A stretch of 64,000 nucleotides of DNA. Origin: Nitrospinales bacterium (GTDB taxonomy: Bacteria; Nitrospinota; Nitrospinia; Nitrospinales; VA-1). The position numbers and the translations under genes were made by a program. The DNA is taken from positions 1,600,001 through 1,664,000 of the forward strand of contig CBDCWG010000012.1 of the NCBI GenBank assembly GCA_965223345.1, given 5' to 3'. Below, piece after piece: positions 28,932-39,067 of the stretch (the first letter of the stretch is position 1; each line of letters starts with the position of its first letter). Below the pieces are notes generated by a model, which saw only the letters and a list, made by a program, of their open reading frames with translations, had not been told where the DNA came from and made no database searches.

Positions 28932-31799
28932 ATGTTTACCCCGATTTTGAGTCGCAAGCTGAGTCTGAGCCTTCTGGAGAAAACCTTCGGGCCCGATCAT
29001 CCTAAGGTCGCCGAATCGCTCAACAACCTCGTCAAGTCCTACAAAAACAAAGCGGATTATGAGAAGCTCGAGCCCCTGCTCAAGCGTGCCGTCGAAATGG
29101 CGGAGAAAAACCAGGGGCCCGACCATGCGGACGTGGCGGTGGCGCTCAACGAACTGGCGGAGCTGTACCGCAACACGGGGAATTTCGGCAAAGCGGAGCC
29201 GCTGCTGCAGCGCTCGCTCAAAATCCAGGAAAAAACCCTCGGGCCGGATCATCCGGACGTGGCCACCACACTCAACAATCTGGCGATCCTGTTTGAAGAC
29301 ATGGGCTTTTACTCGAAAGCCTATCCTTTGCTTTTGCAGTCTTTGAAGATCCGCGAAAAATCCCTGCGCCCGGACCACCCGGCGGTGGCCGAGTCTCTCA
29401 ACAACCTGGCGGAGCTGTACTACTACGACATGGGGGATTACGCCAAGGCGGAGCCGCTGCTGTTGCGTTCCCTCAAACTGCGGGAAATGGCCCTGGGGCC
29501 GGATCATCCCGATGTGGCTTCGACGTTGACCAACCTCGCGGTGCTGTACAAGGCCATGCAGGATTACGACAAGGCCGAACCGCTGGTGATGCAGGCGCTG
29601 GGTATCATCGAAAAACAGTCCAACGATCTGGAGGTGGCGGAGGCGCTGAATTTTCTCGGCGACCTGTTGATCGAGAAGCAGGAATATTCCAAGGCGGAGC
29701 CGCACTTTCAGCGCGCGATCAAGATCAAGGAGAAGGTGCTGGGGCCCAACCACGTGGATGTGGCGGCGCTGCTCACGCAACTGGCGGAAGTGTACCGGCT
29801 GCTGGGCACCTTCAAGAAGATGGAGCCGCTGCTCAAGCGGGCGCAGAAACTCTACGAGGACGAGCAGGGCATGGAGCACCCGGATGTGGCGATCGTGCTC
29901 AATCAGCTGGGCGATTTCTACAAGAACCAGCAGGAATACGGGCAGGCGGAACCGCTGTACCTCAGGGCTCTGAAGATCCGGGAAAAATCGCTGTCCCCGG
30001 ACCACCCGGATGTGGCGACGACCGTCAACGGCCTGGCCGGTCTCTACGACGCTCAGGGCAACTCCGCCAAAGCGGAAAAGCTGTATCTGCGCGGGCTGGA
30101 GATCCGTGAAAAAGCCATGGGCCCGCAGCATCCCGACGTGGCCCAGTCGTTGAACAGCCTCGCCGCGCTGTATCAGTCCACCGACGATGCCAGGAAGGCG
30201 GAGCCGATGCTGCGCCGCTCCCTGAATATCTTTGAAAAATCCCTCGGGCCCGACCACCCGTTTGTGGTCGAATCGCTCAACAACCTGGCGGATCTGCACA
30301 AAAAGCTCGGCGATCTCGACAAGGTGGAGCCGCTGCTGCAACGCTCGCTGAAAATCCAGGAAAAAAATCTGGGAGAGGACCACGCCGATGTGGCGCAGAC
30401 CCTGCACAACCTGGCGAGCCTGCACGAGAAAAAAGGCGAGCTCGCCAAGGCGGAACCGTATTTCGTGCGGGCCCTGGCCGTCACCGAGAAAAACGTCGGC
30501 CAGGATCATCCCGACGTGGCCTTCGCGCTGAACCACCTCGCCGGACTCTACAACGCGATGGGCGACTACGGGAAGGTGGAGCCGTTGTACCAGCGGGCGC
30601 TTTCGATCCGCGAACAGGTTCTGGGACCGGATCATCCACACGTTGCCGAATCGCTGTCCAACCTGGCGATGCTGTTCCGCAACAAGGGGGACTATTCCAA
30701 CGCCGAGCCGCTGCTGTTGCGGGCGCTGAAAATCCGGGAAAAAGGTCTGCATCCGGATCACCCGGAGGTGGCGGTCACGCTCAACGAGCTGGCCTACCTT
30801 TACCTCAGCAAGGGCGAGCTGGACATGGGCGAGCCGTTATACCAGCGGGCGCTCAAGATCCGCGAGCAGTCCCTGGGATCCGACCACGCGGATGTGGCGG
30901 TGACGCTGAGTGGGCTGGCGGACCTGTACCGGCTCAAACGGCAGCACGACAAGGCCCAGCCTTTGTATCAGCGGGCGCTTTCGATCCACGAGAAGAACCT
31001 TGGCCCCAACCACCCCGAAGTGGTGCACACGCTCAACAACCTGGTCGAGCTCTTCCAGTCCAAGGGCGACATCGCGAAAACCGAACCGCTGCTCGTGCGC
31101 CTGTTGCAGATCGCCGAGCAGACGCACGGCCCGGACCACATGGATGTGGCGGACGCGCTGTACAACATGGCGCAGTATTACGGCGACATCAAGGACTTCG
31201 CCAAAGCCTATCCGCTGCTGCGCCGGGCGCTGAAAATCAAGGAAACGGCGCTCGGGACCGATCATATCGAAGTGGCGGCGGTGGTGAGCCTGCTGGGCAT
31301 CATGTACCGGGGCATGAACGATTTCAAAAAGGCCGAGCCTTTGTACGTGCGGGCGCAAAAGATCATCGAGAAGAACAAAGGCAAGGACCATCCCGATCTG
31401 GTGGATCTGCTCAACGGCCTGGGCGAGCTGTACTACGAGATGGGGGACTACAAGAAGTCCGAACCGTTGTACCAGCGGGCGCTGGCTATCAAGGAAAACC
31501 ACCTGAGGGAGTTCGAATCGCAGAGCAAAAGCGAGAAAGCCCCGGAGGTGGAGCTGCAGAAAACCATTCAGATCGATTTTACCGCCAACAAGGAACAGCT
31601 TCTGGCCATCCTGCCTGCGCTGGCGGAGCTTGCGGAGCGGTCCGACGACAAGAAGATCAGCTTCAAGCTGGGCGCCCAATGCGAAAACGGGTTCGACCCT
31701 TCCTGGCTGTCTTCCGACATTCAGGAGCCGCTGCTGACCGCGAAGGTCGAGTACGAACTCAAAAACCAGACGGCCAGCGGCAAGAAGAAAAAGAAGTGA
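28932..31799 (+). CDS. Long TPR protein (kinesin-light-chain-like 42-aa repeats) with a distinct C-terminal domain
   Basis: About 20 repeats of LGPDHPDVA..LNNLA.LY...GDY.KAEPL..RAL.I.EK. Confidence 0.92.
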   Translation: MFTPILSRKLSLSLLEKTFGPDHPKVAESLNNLVKSYKNKADYEKLEPLLKRAVEMAEKNQGPDHADVAVALNELAELYRNTGNFGKAEPLLQRSLKIQEKTLGPDHPDVATTLNNLAILFEDMGFYSKAYPLLLQSLKIREKSLRPDHPAVAESLNNLAELYYYDMGDYAKAEPLLLRSLKLREMALGPDHPDVASTLTNLAVLYKAMQDYDKAEPLVMQALGIIEKQSNDLEVAEALNFLGDLLIEKQEYSKAEPHFQRAIKIKEKVLGPNHVDVAALLTQLAEVYRLLGTFKKMEPLLKRAQKLYEDEQGMEHPDVAIVLNQLGDFYKNQQEYGQAEPLYLRALKIREKSLSPDHPDVATTVNGLAGLYDAQGNSAKAEKLYLRGLEIREKAMGPQHPDVAQSLNSLAALYQSTDDARKAEPMLRRSLNIFEKSLGPDHPFVVESLNNLADLHKKLGDLDKVEPLLQRSLKIQEKNLGEDHADVAQTLHNLASLHEKKGELAKAEPYFVRALAVTEKNVGQDHPDVAFALNHLAGLYNAMGDYGKVEPLYQRALSIREQVLGPDHPHVAESLSNLAMLFRNKGDYSNAEPLLLRALKIREKGLHPDHPEVAVTLNELAYLYLSKGELDMGEPLYQRALKIREQSLGSDHADVAVTLSGLADLYRLKRQHDKAQPLYQRALSIHEKNLGPNHPEVVHTLNNLVELFQSKGDIAKTEPLLVRLLQIAEQTHGPDHMDVADALYNMAQYYGDIKDFAKAYPLLRRALKIKETALGTDHIEVAAVVSLLGIMYRGMNDFKKAEPLYVRAQKIIEKNKGKDHPDLVDLLNGLGELYYEMGDYKKSEPLYQRALAIKENHLREFESQSKSEKAPEVELQKTIQIDFTANKEQLLAILPALAELAERSDDKKISFKLGAQCENGFDPSWLSSDIQEPLLTAKVEYELKNQTASGKKKKK

Positions 31800-31855
31800 G
31801 CCTCTGGTTGCCGTTCAAGCTGGAATCCCCTTCACAATTTCGCGAGGAATTTTCT

Positions 31856-32461
31856 ATGAAATCCACAAATCGTGTGCGAATGATCTCTGTTGCCCTGGCG
31901 TTCGGATTCTTCATGACCTTTCCGCAACTCAGCATCACCTCCGCTGAAGCGCAGTGGAGCCGCTCGGGCAAAGCCGATGTGTTCGCGTTTTACCGCCACG
32001 GTGGAAACGACTCGGTGCGGGAAGGGCCGGTGCAGATCCGGCTTTCGGACTTCAATGTGTTCGGCGCGGGTGTGGGCTACAATTTCAACGATCATTTCAA
32101 TGTGAACGCGAATCTGCATTACGGTTCCACAGACCTTCGCGGACGCGTGATCAACAACAGCGTCACCGCCGATTCAGATGTGTTCGGCGGGGATTTCAAT
32201 CTGGACTTTCATCCCCTGAAAACCCGGATCACGCCGCTGTTCTCAGGCGGGATCGGGTTCATCAATTTCAACGGCGATGTGAACGGCGTCGATTTCAACG
32301 AGACGGATTTTTCCTACAATCTGGGCGCGGGGCTGCGCTGGGACGCCACGGACCATTTGCTGGTGAAGGCCCTGTACCGGTTGACCTGGACGGAGCTGGA
32401 AGGAACCAGCGATAACCTGCTGCTGGATGGCATCGAGCTGACCGTCGGGCTGCTGTTTTGA
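31856..32461 (+). CDS. Small outer-membrane beta-barrel (OmpA/OmpW-like)
   Basis: Signal peptide ending AEA; GAGVGYNF, FSYNLGAGLRW, terminal F. Confidence 0.85.
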   Translation: MKSTNRVRMISVALAFGFFMTFPQLSITSAEAQWSRSGKADVFAFYRHGGNDSVREGPVQIRLSDFNVFGAGVGYNFNDHFNVNANLHYGSTDLRGRVINNSVTADSDVFGGDFNLDFHPLKTRITPLFSGGIGFINFNGDVNGVDFNETDFSYNLGAGLRWDATDHLLVKALYRLTWTELEGTSDNLLLDGIELTVGLLF

Positions 32462-32497
32462 GTTTGCGCTTAATACACTGAAAACCGCATTGCAAAG

Positions 32498-32548
32498 CGG
32501 GGGATGACGCCTTGTCGCATTGGAGGCGTCATCCCCCGTTTTTCTTTT
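32498..32548 (+). terminator. Intrinsic terminator
   Basis: GGGGATGACGCCT...AGGCGTCATCCCC followed by a T tract. Confidence 0.85.
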
Positions 32549-32719
32549 TCCTCTCCCCTGAAATTCCCCGTCTTTTCCCAGGCTCCTTCCTGATTTTTTC
32601 CGATTCAAAGTTTACCCAATCGTGACCTGCCATTGACGTGTCTGTGACCCGCTCCGCTTATACTTGCGCACTTGGGTGCCGGATGGACGGACGACCTGGA
32701 TACCCGGATTGGAGCAGGT

Positions 32720-33337
32720 ATGCGCACGATAATGGCAGCGTTTCTCATCACCTTTCTCGTATGGACGGCGGCTTGTTCTGTCGATGAACCCGTCGTGGAA
32801 AACGTGGACAACCCGGAAGCCGTGCCGGCCCTCGCCACGGACGCCGTGGTTGCTGAAGAAGGCAACGCCGAGGCAACGGTTGAGACCCAACTCGCCGCGC
32901 TGGAAGCCGAAGCGATCGAACCCGAAACTGCCGCGCCTGCGCTGACTCCGGTTGAAACGGTGCGTGCGGAGATCAAGATCCTGGAAGAGGATCTTTTGAA
33001 GGCGCCCTTCGATGCCGACATCCGTTTCATCCTCGGTTCGGATTACTGGCGCATCGACGAACTGGACAAAGCGGTCGAGTATTTCAACGAAACGCTCAGC
33101 CTGGATCCCGATTACCACGCGGCGCACTGGAACCTGAGCGTGCTGCACGATCAGCGGGGACAGGGGCCCGAAGCCATCCTGCACATGCAGGAAGCGGAAC
33201 GGATTTTTATAGCGAAAGAGGATGTGAAGTCGCTGGCGAAAGCGCGGCGTCTGCTGCGGGGTTATTTTGCCAAGTACGGGTTTGAGCCTCAGGATTTTGC
33301 AATGCCGAAGGGCTTTTTCGCCAGGCTCTTCGAATAG
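32720..33337 (+). CDS. TPR-containing lipoprotein
   Basis: Lipobox TAAC, acidic linker, TPR-like AVEYFNETLSLDPDYHAAHWNL. Confidence 0.8.
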   Translation: MRTIMAAFLITFLVWTAACSVDEPVVENVDNPEAVPALATDAVVAEEGNAEATVETQLAALEAEAIEPETAAPALTPVETVRAEIKILEEDLLKAPFDADIRFILGSDYWRIDELDKAVEYFNETLSLDPDYHAAHWNLSVLHDQRGQGPEAILHMQEAERIFIAKEDVKSLAKARRLLRGYFAKYGFEPQDFAMPKGFFARLFE

Positions 33338-33370
33338 GAAAGCGCACTCATTTTAAAGGAGCAAGATGTC

Positions 33371-33661
33371 ATGAAGCGTCATGCACTCTTTGCCGCGGTC
33401 GCGTTCGCCGCGTTCATCGGAATCGGAATTTTTCTGACCACGGGGTTTGCCCAGGAACGCAACGGGTATTATCCCGATCTTTCCAGCTGTGTCTGCTCGG
33501 CGCCTCTGGATCTGGCCACACGGGCGAACCGCACCAATAGCCGGCACGCGTCGAGCCTGCGTTCGGACCTGGAACCGAAATTTTTGATGAGTCTTTACAA
33601 TTGCCAGTGCGGGCCATTGAGCTGTGCCGTCTCCGCGCAGGCGATCTCCTGCCGAAAATAA
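33371..33661 (+). CDS. Small exported six-Cys protein
   Basis: AAGGAG RBS, signal peptide, CVC...CQC...C...C; hairpin directly downstream. Confidence 0.7.
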   Translation: MKRHALFAAVAFAAFIGIGIFLTTGFAQERNGYYPDLSSCVCSAPLDLATRANRTNSRHASSLRSDLEPKFLMSLYNCQCGPLSCAVSAQAISCRK

Positions 33662-33668
33662 CACACCC

Positions 33669-33698
33669 AAACCCGGCGGCCCCGCCGCCGGGTTTTCC
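33669..33698. terminator. Terminator hairpin between convergent genes
   Basis: AAACCCGGCGG-CCCCG-CCGCCGGGTTTT. Confidence 0.75.
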
Positions 33699-33709
33699 AT
33701 TCTCTTTCC

Positions 33710-34924
33710 TCAAGGCTGGATCTTGGATTCTTCCTGTTCGGCGGTGAGGGTTTCTTCCTGGATGTCATCGCCCGGGCTTTCCAGATTCATCCCGATATCG
33801 CTGAACGCGTTGATGGGTATATTGGAGGTGAGGGTGGGCTCGCCGAACGTGTCTGACGCAGGCGCCGGGGAATAGGATTCGAAACCGGGCGCTTCGTCTT
33901 TGGGCAGCGCGATGGCGGAATCTCCGGAACTTTCGATGCGCACGTCGGCGGCGGCCTGTTCCTCGACCGCTGCCGGCTCTTCGGTTGGGGCGGAGCCGGT
34001 CCCGGTGCTCTCCTGCGATTTTTCCGTTGCGTTGTCGATCGGGGCGGAACGCATCAAGGCCTCGTCTTCGTCTTTGGCCTGGTCCTCTTCCTCAGGCGTC
34101 AGGGGGGTCTCAGCTTCCGTATCCAGCTTGGCCATGTCCGCGTTGGTGATCTGCAGCTCGGACACGATGCCTTTCAGCGCCACCACCTTGGGATCGTCCG
34201 CGGGATGCGATTGCTCGGTGATCGTCAACAGGCGCTGATAGAGAGGCAGGGCTTTGTCGTATTTCTCCTGAATGCGGTACAGGTCGGCGAGATTGTGCAC
34301 GGCGATGCCGATGTGAGCGTGCCCCGGTTGCAGCGTGCCTTCGAAGATTTCCAGGGCGCGCTGGTAAAGCGGTTCGGCCTTGTCGTACTGCTTGTTGTTC
34401 TTGTACAGCTCGCCGAGATTGTTGAGGGAGTTGGCGACGCTTTTGTGGTCGCGCCCCACGGTCTCTTCGCGGATGCGTATCGCCACTGTGTAAAACTGTT
34501 CGGAGCGGGAAAAAACGCCGGTTTTGCGGTACACATCGCCGAGACTGTGCAGGGTGGAGGCCACATGCGCGTGGTTGGTTCCCAGAATCTTTTTGTACAG
34601 GTTCAGGGCCCTCAGGTAATTGATCTCGGCGTCGGAATAATTTTTATCCTGTAAATAGATGTCCCCGATTTTGTTCAACGTGTTGGCGACTTCCAGATGG
34701 TCGTTTCCGTGGATTTTTATCTTCAGGTCGAGCAGGTCCGCAGCATAGGGAAGCGCTTCTTTATACTTTCCCGCGTCGTAGTTTTCTGCGATGGCAGATT
34801 GCAGTTTTTCCACCTTCTCGGAGTTTGCACTCAAGGTCAGAGGGTTGAGAAAAAACAGCAGAGCCCCGACACATAGAATGGTGAATGCCGGATTGCTGTG
34901 CCGATGAAGGATGCGGCCGGTCAT
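33710..34924 (-). CDS. Exported TPR protein with acidic low-complexity tail
   Basis: Signal-like N-terminus; VANSLNNLGELY...AEPLYQRAL repeats; Glu/Ser/Pro-rich C-terminus. Confidence 0.85.
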   Translation of the reverse strand: MTGRILHRHSNPAFTILCVGALLFFLNPLTLSANSEKVEKLQSAIAENYDAGKYKEALPYAADLLDLKIKIHGNDHLEVANTLNKIGDIYLQDKNYSDAEINYLRALNLYKKILGTNHAHVASTLHSLGDVYRKTGVFSRSEQFYTVAIRIREETVGRDHKSVANSLNNLGELYKNNKQYDKAEPLYQRALEIFEGTLQPGHAHIGIAVHNLADLYRIQEKYDKALPLYQRLLTITEQSHPADDPKVVALKGIVSELQITNADMAKLDTEAETPLTPEEEDQAKDEDEALMRSAPIDNATEKSQESTGTGSAPTEEPAAVEEQAAADVRIESSGDSAIALPKDEAPGFESYSPAPASDTFGEPTLTSNIPINAFSDIGMNLESPGDDIQEETLTAEQEESKIQP

Positions 34925-35311
34925 GTCAATCTCCCTTTATTTGATGAACCGGTTGAAGGTTGCGGCTTGATGTGCGACTATTCGCGGCCCGGTTTCGAAG
35001 GGACCGTGTGTGCGGATGGATTTGCTTTGCTTCGAACCTGTCCGGGATTTTCCGGAAGACCTCGCGGATATCTGGAAAATACATTAACATTCAACATGTT
35101 TATGGTTGATTATTGACACTGTATTCCTCAATATAATTCTTGTCAATGTATTCGTCATCAAATCTCACCGGGCAGTTTTTGAAAGGCTGAAAACAAATAG
35201 GGTAGGGGATAAATTTTTTGCCCCCGGGATGCGCGAATCGAGGCGGCGCGGCGCCCTGGGTTGCGTTTTTCAATGATTTTCAATCTATCGTACTGAAAAG
35301 GAAATGAATGC

Positions 35312-35842
35312 ATGAACCCCTGGCATGACGTGGATCTAGGAAACGCGGTTCCGGGCCGGATTCCGGCCATCATCGAGGTCCCCAAAGGATCGAAGACCAA
35401 ATACGAGCTGGACAAGGACACGGGGCTGATCCGGGTGGACCGGATCCTGTACAGCTCGGTGCAATATCCCGCCAATTACGGTTTCATACCCAGAACCCTG
35501 TGCGAGGACCACGACCCCCTGGACATCCTGGTGCTGGGGCAGGAGCCGGTGTATCCGCTTTCCATCATGATCGCCCGGCCCATCGGGCTGATGAAAATGG
35601 TCGATCACGGGGAAGCGGATGATAAAATAATCGCCGTGCACGCGCACGATCCGGAATACGCGCATTACGAGTCCATGGAGGAGCTGCCGCCGCACCGGAT
35701 GAAAGAGGTGAAGAAGTTTTTCGAGGATTACAAGGTGCTGGAAAAGAAACTCGTGGTGGTGGAAGACTTTCTCGGCCACCAGGAGGCGCTCGAGGTGATC
35801 GAGCAATCCATGCAAATTTATCGCAAGACGTTCCCTTCCTGA
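35312..35842 (+). CDS. ppa: Family I inorganic pyrophosphatase
   Basis: [31 protein letters not shown]. Confidence 0.95.
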   Translation: MNPWHDVDLGNAVPGRIPAIIEVPKGSKTKYELDKDTGLIRVDRILYSSVQYPANYGFIPRTLCEDHDPLDILVLGQEPVYPLSIMIARPIGLMKMVDHGEADDKIIAVHAHDPEYAHYESMEELPPHRMKEVKKFFEDYKVLEKKLVVVEDFLGHQEALEVIEQSMQIYRKTFPS

Positions 35843-35962
35843 ATCGAGATTTTAAAGGTCTTTGGCTGAGGCCGGGCCTGAAGTCGCCGGGGGAGGGTTC
35901 GCCTGTTTGATTCACACCGATCCACCGGATCGCTGTGGCACGACCGTTCTATAAAGGATGCA

Positions 35963-36232
35963 GTGATGGAAGAAAGTTCGTCGGAAAACCTGATCAACAA
36001 TCTGGACAAGGAACGCTTTATTCTCAGGTTCAAGGCCGCCACCGGGTTCACGGTGGTTCTGGAATATCCGGGGCCGAAGAAACTGGAGGCCGACCGGAAA
36101 CGAATCGAGGAGGCCGGGCTCACCTGCGAGCGCATTCCCGAATGGAACGCCAAATTCGACAGCGCCGATCTCTATATGGACATGCGCAGCCCGGTCTGCG
36201 CCGGTCAGTTCGATCTGGACGACTGGATCTAG
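35963..36232 (+). CDS. Hypothetical protein
   Basis: AAGGA RBS and host-like codon usage; no motif recognised. Confidence 0.6.
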   Translation: MMEESSSENLINNLDKERFILRFKAATGFTVVLEYPGPKKLEADRKRIEEAGLTCERIPEWNAKFDSADLYMDMRSPVCAGQFDLDDWI

Positions 36233-36468
36233 TTTTCCGTTTCAAGGTCCGGCTCATTCCGTCTCCGTTTTTTGTTTTAATTTGATGTTTTTTAATGCAA
36301 ATAGATTGACTTCCTCCTGAGCGTTTCTAATAATAGATTTGCTGCCTGAAGTCGGGGGATCCGTCCGCGATTCACAGTCAACAACTCTCTTCCTGGTTTT
36401 ACAGAAGCCCCCTCGACGCCGATTCCACCGAAACACCCACCCTTCCTTTTTCTACAGGAGGCTGACCG

Positions 36469-37701
36469 ATGGGGCGCTCTCAACCTTTCATCAAACCGAC
36501 CGTCTGTTCGCTGTTGTTTCATGCCTGCATCTTTGTTCTGGCGCCGGGGTTCGCCTCGGGCGCCGGCATTTCGGTTCCCGTCCGCGATCTCAACCACCAG
36601 GTCGAGGATCTCTATCGCAAGGGCCGCTACCGGGAGGCGCTGCCCCTGGTTGCGCAAGCCTTCAGGCAGAAGGAGCAGACCCTCGGTGCGGATCACCTGG
36701 GGCTGGCTGCGCCGCTGATCCGGCTGGGCGATCTCAACCGCAAACTCGCGCGCTACGATGCGGCGGAAGCACACTACCTGAGGGCGCTGGAATTGATGCG
36801 GCAACTGGTGTCGGAGCGTGACCCGAAACGGGCGGCGACGATCAACAGCCTGGCTCTGATCTATTTTCAAAGGGGGGAGTACGATCGGGCGGAATCGCTG
36901 TTTTACAAATCGCTGAGGATTTTCGAAAACGCGCACGGCATGAAGCATCCCAACCGCGCGGCGACGATCAACAACCTGGCGCGTCTGTACGAGGCCGCCG
37001 GCGAATACGAAAAAGCCGGCGAGTTGTACGGGAAGAGTCTCACGCTGCTGCGCCGGGCGCTGGGATCCGAACACCCCTATGTGGCGGCTTCGCTCAACAA
37101 CCTGGCGCTGCTGCATCAGAAAACCGGGGAGCGTTCCCAGGCCGAACCGCTGTATCGCAGCGCTGTGGATATCTATGAAAGCGCGTCGATGACGGAGCAT
37201 CCCAATTACGCCACCACCCTCAACAACCTGGCGGATTTTTTGCTGCTGGCGGGCGAATACGACAAGATCGAGCCCCTGCTGCTGCGCTCGCTGTCGATTC
37301 GGGAGAGGGTGCTGGGGCGGGAGCATCCCGACCTGGCGTATTCGCTAGACAGCCTCGCCGCCTACTACAAGGACGTCGGCAATTTTTCCAAGGCCCGGCT
37401 TTTGGTGCAGCGCTCACTCAAAATCCGCGAGGAAGCTTTCGGGACGCATCACCCGCAGGTGGCGCGCTCTCTGGAAACCATGGCTGCGCTGGAGCAGGAG
37501 CTCGGGCAGTACGAGCAGGCCGCTCCGTTGCTCATGCGTTCCCTGAGCATCAAGGAAAGCGCGCTCGGCAAGGATCACCCGGAGGCGATCGGGGTGCTCA
37601 AAAAACTGGCTGCGCTGTACGATGAAAAAGGCGATCGCCAGCGTGCGGAAAACCTGCATTACAGCGCTGTGCAACTCGAGCGCAAAAGACAATCTCCCTG
37701 A
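36469..37701 (+). CDS. Exported TPR protein
   Basis: AGGAGG RBS, hydrophobic N-terminus, repeats such as HPYVAASLNNLALL. Confidence 0.88.
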   Translation: MGRSQPFIKPTVCSLLFHACIFVLAPGFASGAGISVPVRDLNHQVEDLYRKGRYREALPLVAQAFRQKEQTLGADHLGLAAPLIRLGDLNRKLARYDAAEAHYLRALELMRQLVSERDPKRAATINSLALIYFQRGEYDRAESLFYKSLRIFENAHGMKHPNRAATINNLARLYEAAGEYEKAGELYGKSLTLLRRALGSEHPYVAASLNNLALLHQKTGERSQAEPLYRSAVDIYESASMTEHPNYATTLNNLADFLLLAGEYDKIEPLLLRSLSIRERVLGREHPDLAYSLDSLAAYYKDVGNFSKARLLVQRSLKIREEAFGTHHPQVARSLETMAALEQELGQYEQAAPLLMRSLSIKESALGKDHPEAIGVLKKLAALYDEKGDRQRAENLHYSAVQLERKRQSP

Positions 37702-38057
37702 GCGATTCCTCACAACCGATGCGGTGGGGAAGGGGGCGTTCGCCGCCATCGGCGGATGCTTCACCGCGCCGTGATTCTCTCTGCATTTTCTGTAAGACTT
37801 TCCTTTAAGTTCTGCCTTTGTTCGGCCTACCGATAGTTTGCCCGTTTCCCTGCGGGAATTTCACGCCTGAGCCTGCGTTTTTTCCTTTCCGGCTGCATAA
37901 TTTGCCTCTGAAATATTAAAGTCTTATCAGTTTCCATAGATGAATTTTAATTAATAATCATTTTTTTTACTCGACATTCGTCAAGTTTTCCTGCATTTGT
38001 GGAAATATTGACGTGCCGATATCGGGATAAGTCTATATATTTAAATAAACTCAAAAT

Positions 38058-38073
38058 TGGCATGAACATTGCT
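38058..38073 (+). promoter_or_regulatory. Sigma-54 promoter
   Basis: TGGCAT-GAACA-TTGCT, preceded by an AT-rich tract. Confidence 0.7.
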
Positions 38074-38267
38074 CATTAAACATCAATTATTTAGAAGGAT
38101 GGGTGGATTGACACCCACAGAATCAAAGGTTTTGACCTTGGTTTGCGGGTCGGCCCTTCATGCTTGTGAAACCGGGCATCAGCATGCCGAAGACAGTTCC
38201 TCTTCGTATAGCGAAGGCCGGAGCGAGAGGAACTGGCAAACCCAAATTCAGTTTGAGGGAGAAGGCT

Positions 38268-38486
38268 ATGATCAAGGCAGTCACACAGTACGTCATCGTT
38301 TGCGACAACGTTTTCTGCGATTCCACCATGCGGGCAGGGGTGGATTTTCATTCTTACGATCGCAGGGAACAGTTCAAGCAGAAGGTGAGAAACCGAGGGT
38401 GGGGTGGAATCGTTGAAGACAATGAAGACACACGGCACATTTGCCCGAGTTGCCGTGACTTTGACCTGGGAGTGTACAAAAAATGA
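38268..38486 (+). CDS. Small putative zinc-ribbon protein
   Basis: CDNVFC...ICPSC; stop overlaps the HTH start (ATGA). Confidence 0.6.
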   Translation: MIKAVTQYVIVCDNVFCDSTMRAGVDFHSYDRREQFKQKVRNRGWGGIVEDNEDTRHICPSCRDFDLGVYKK

Positions 38487-38839
38487 ATCCAAAACAAGAC
38501 GAAGCGAAAAACCATTTATCACTGGCCAACAAAGTCCGGCAGGCACGCGAAGACCGGATGATGAGCAAGGCGGAACTGGCGCGCAAAGCGGGATTGACCG
38601 TTCAGACGATCGACCGCATCGAGCGCGGCCACGAATGCCGGTTGGCCACCAAACGAAAAATCATTCTTGCGCTGGGGTATGAGCTGGCGGACCGCACGAA
38701 GATCTTCGTGCCTTCGGAAGATGACGAAATCTCCGAGGAAGGGTCCGACCTGGATACGTCCGAGCTCGGCTCGCACATGATCGCAAGTGAGAAGGAAAGC
38801 ATGCGGGTTCTGCGGAAAAAAGCACCCATGCAGCCCTGA
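38483..38839 (+). CDS. XRE-family HTH regulator (paralog 2) with acidic tail
   Basis: MMSKAELARKAGLTVQTIDRIERG; tail EDDEISEEGSDLD. Confidence 0.88.
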   Translation: MNPKQDEAKNHLSLANKVRQAREDRMMSKAELARKAGLTVQTIDRIERGHECRLATKRKIILALGYELADRTKIFVPSEDDEISEEGSDLDTSELGSHMIASEKESMRVLRKKAPMQP

Positions 38840-39067
38840 TGGAAGGGGCGGGTTTTCGCCCCTTTGCGCTCCTCATTCGTCGGTTCGAAGCTGCGGTCCG
38901 CTCAAAAGGCGTGGGCGCACCGGCGCTGAATCGGACTCAACGGAAAGCGTGCGGTTTTCCCGCATAGCGGGATCGAGTCACCCGCACGATGCGCAGGAGC
39001 AGGATAATAGAAGTGTCCGTCCGCCAGGGAAGGCGGTGTCGGAAACGGCAAATCCGGTTTGAGGGTT

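Noticed and set aside
28932..31500. 126-bp periodic DNA repeats as a possible array or diversity-generating target
   Set aside because: Explained by degenerate TPR coding repeats; no reverse transcriptase or template/variable repeat pair is present.
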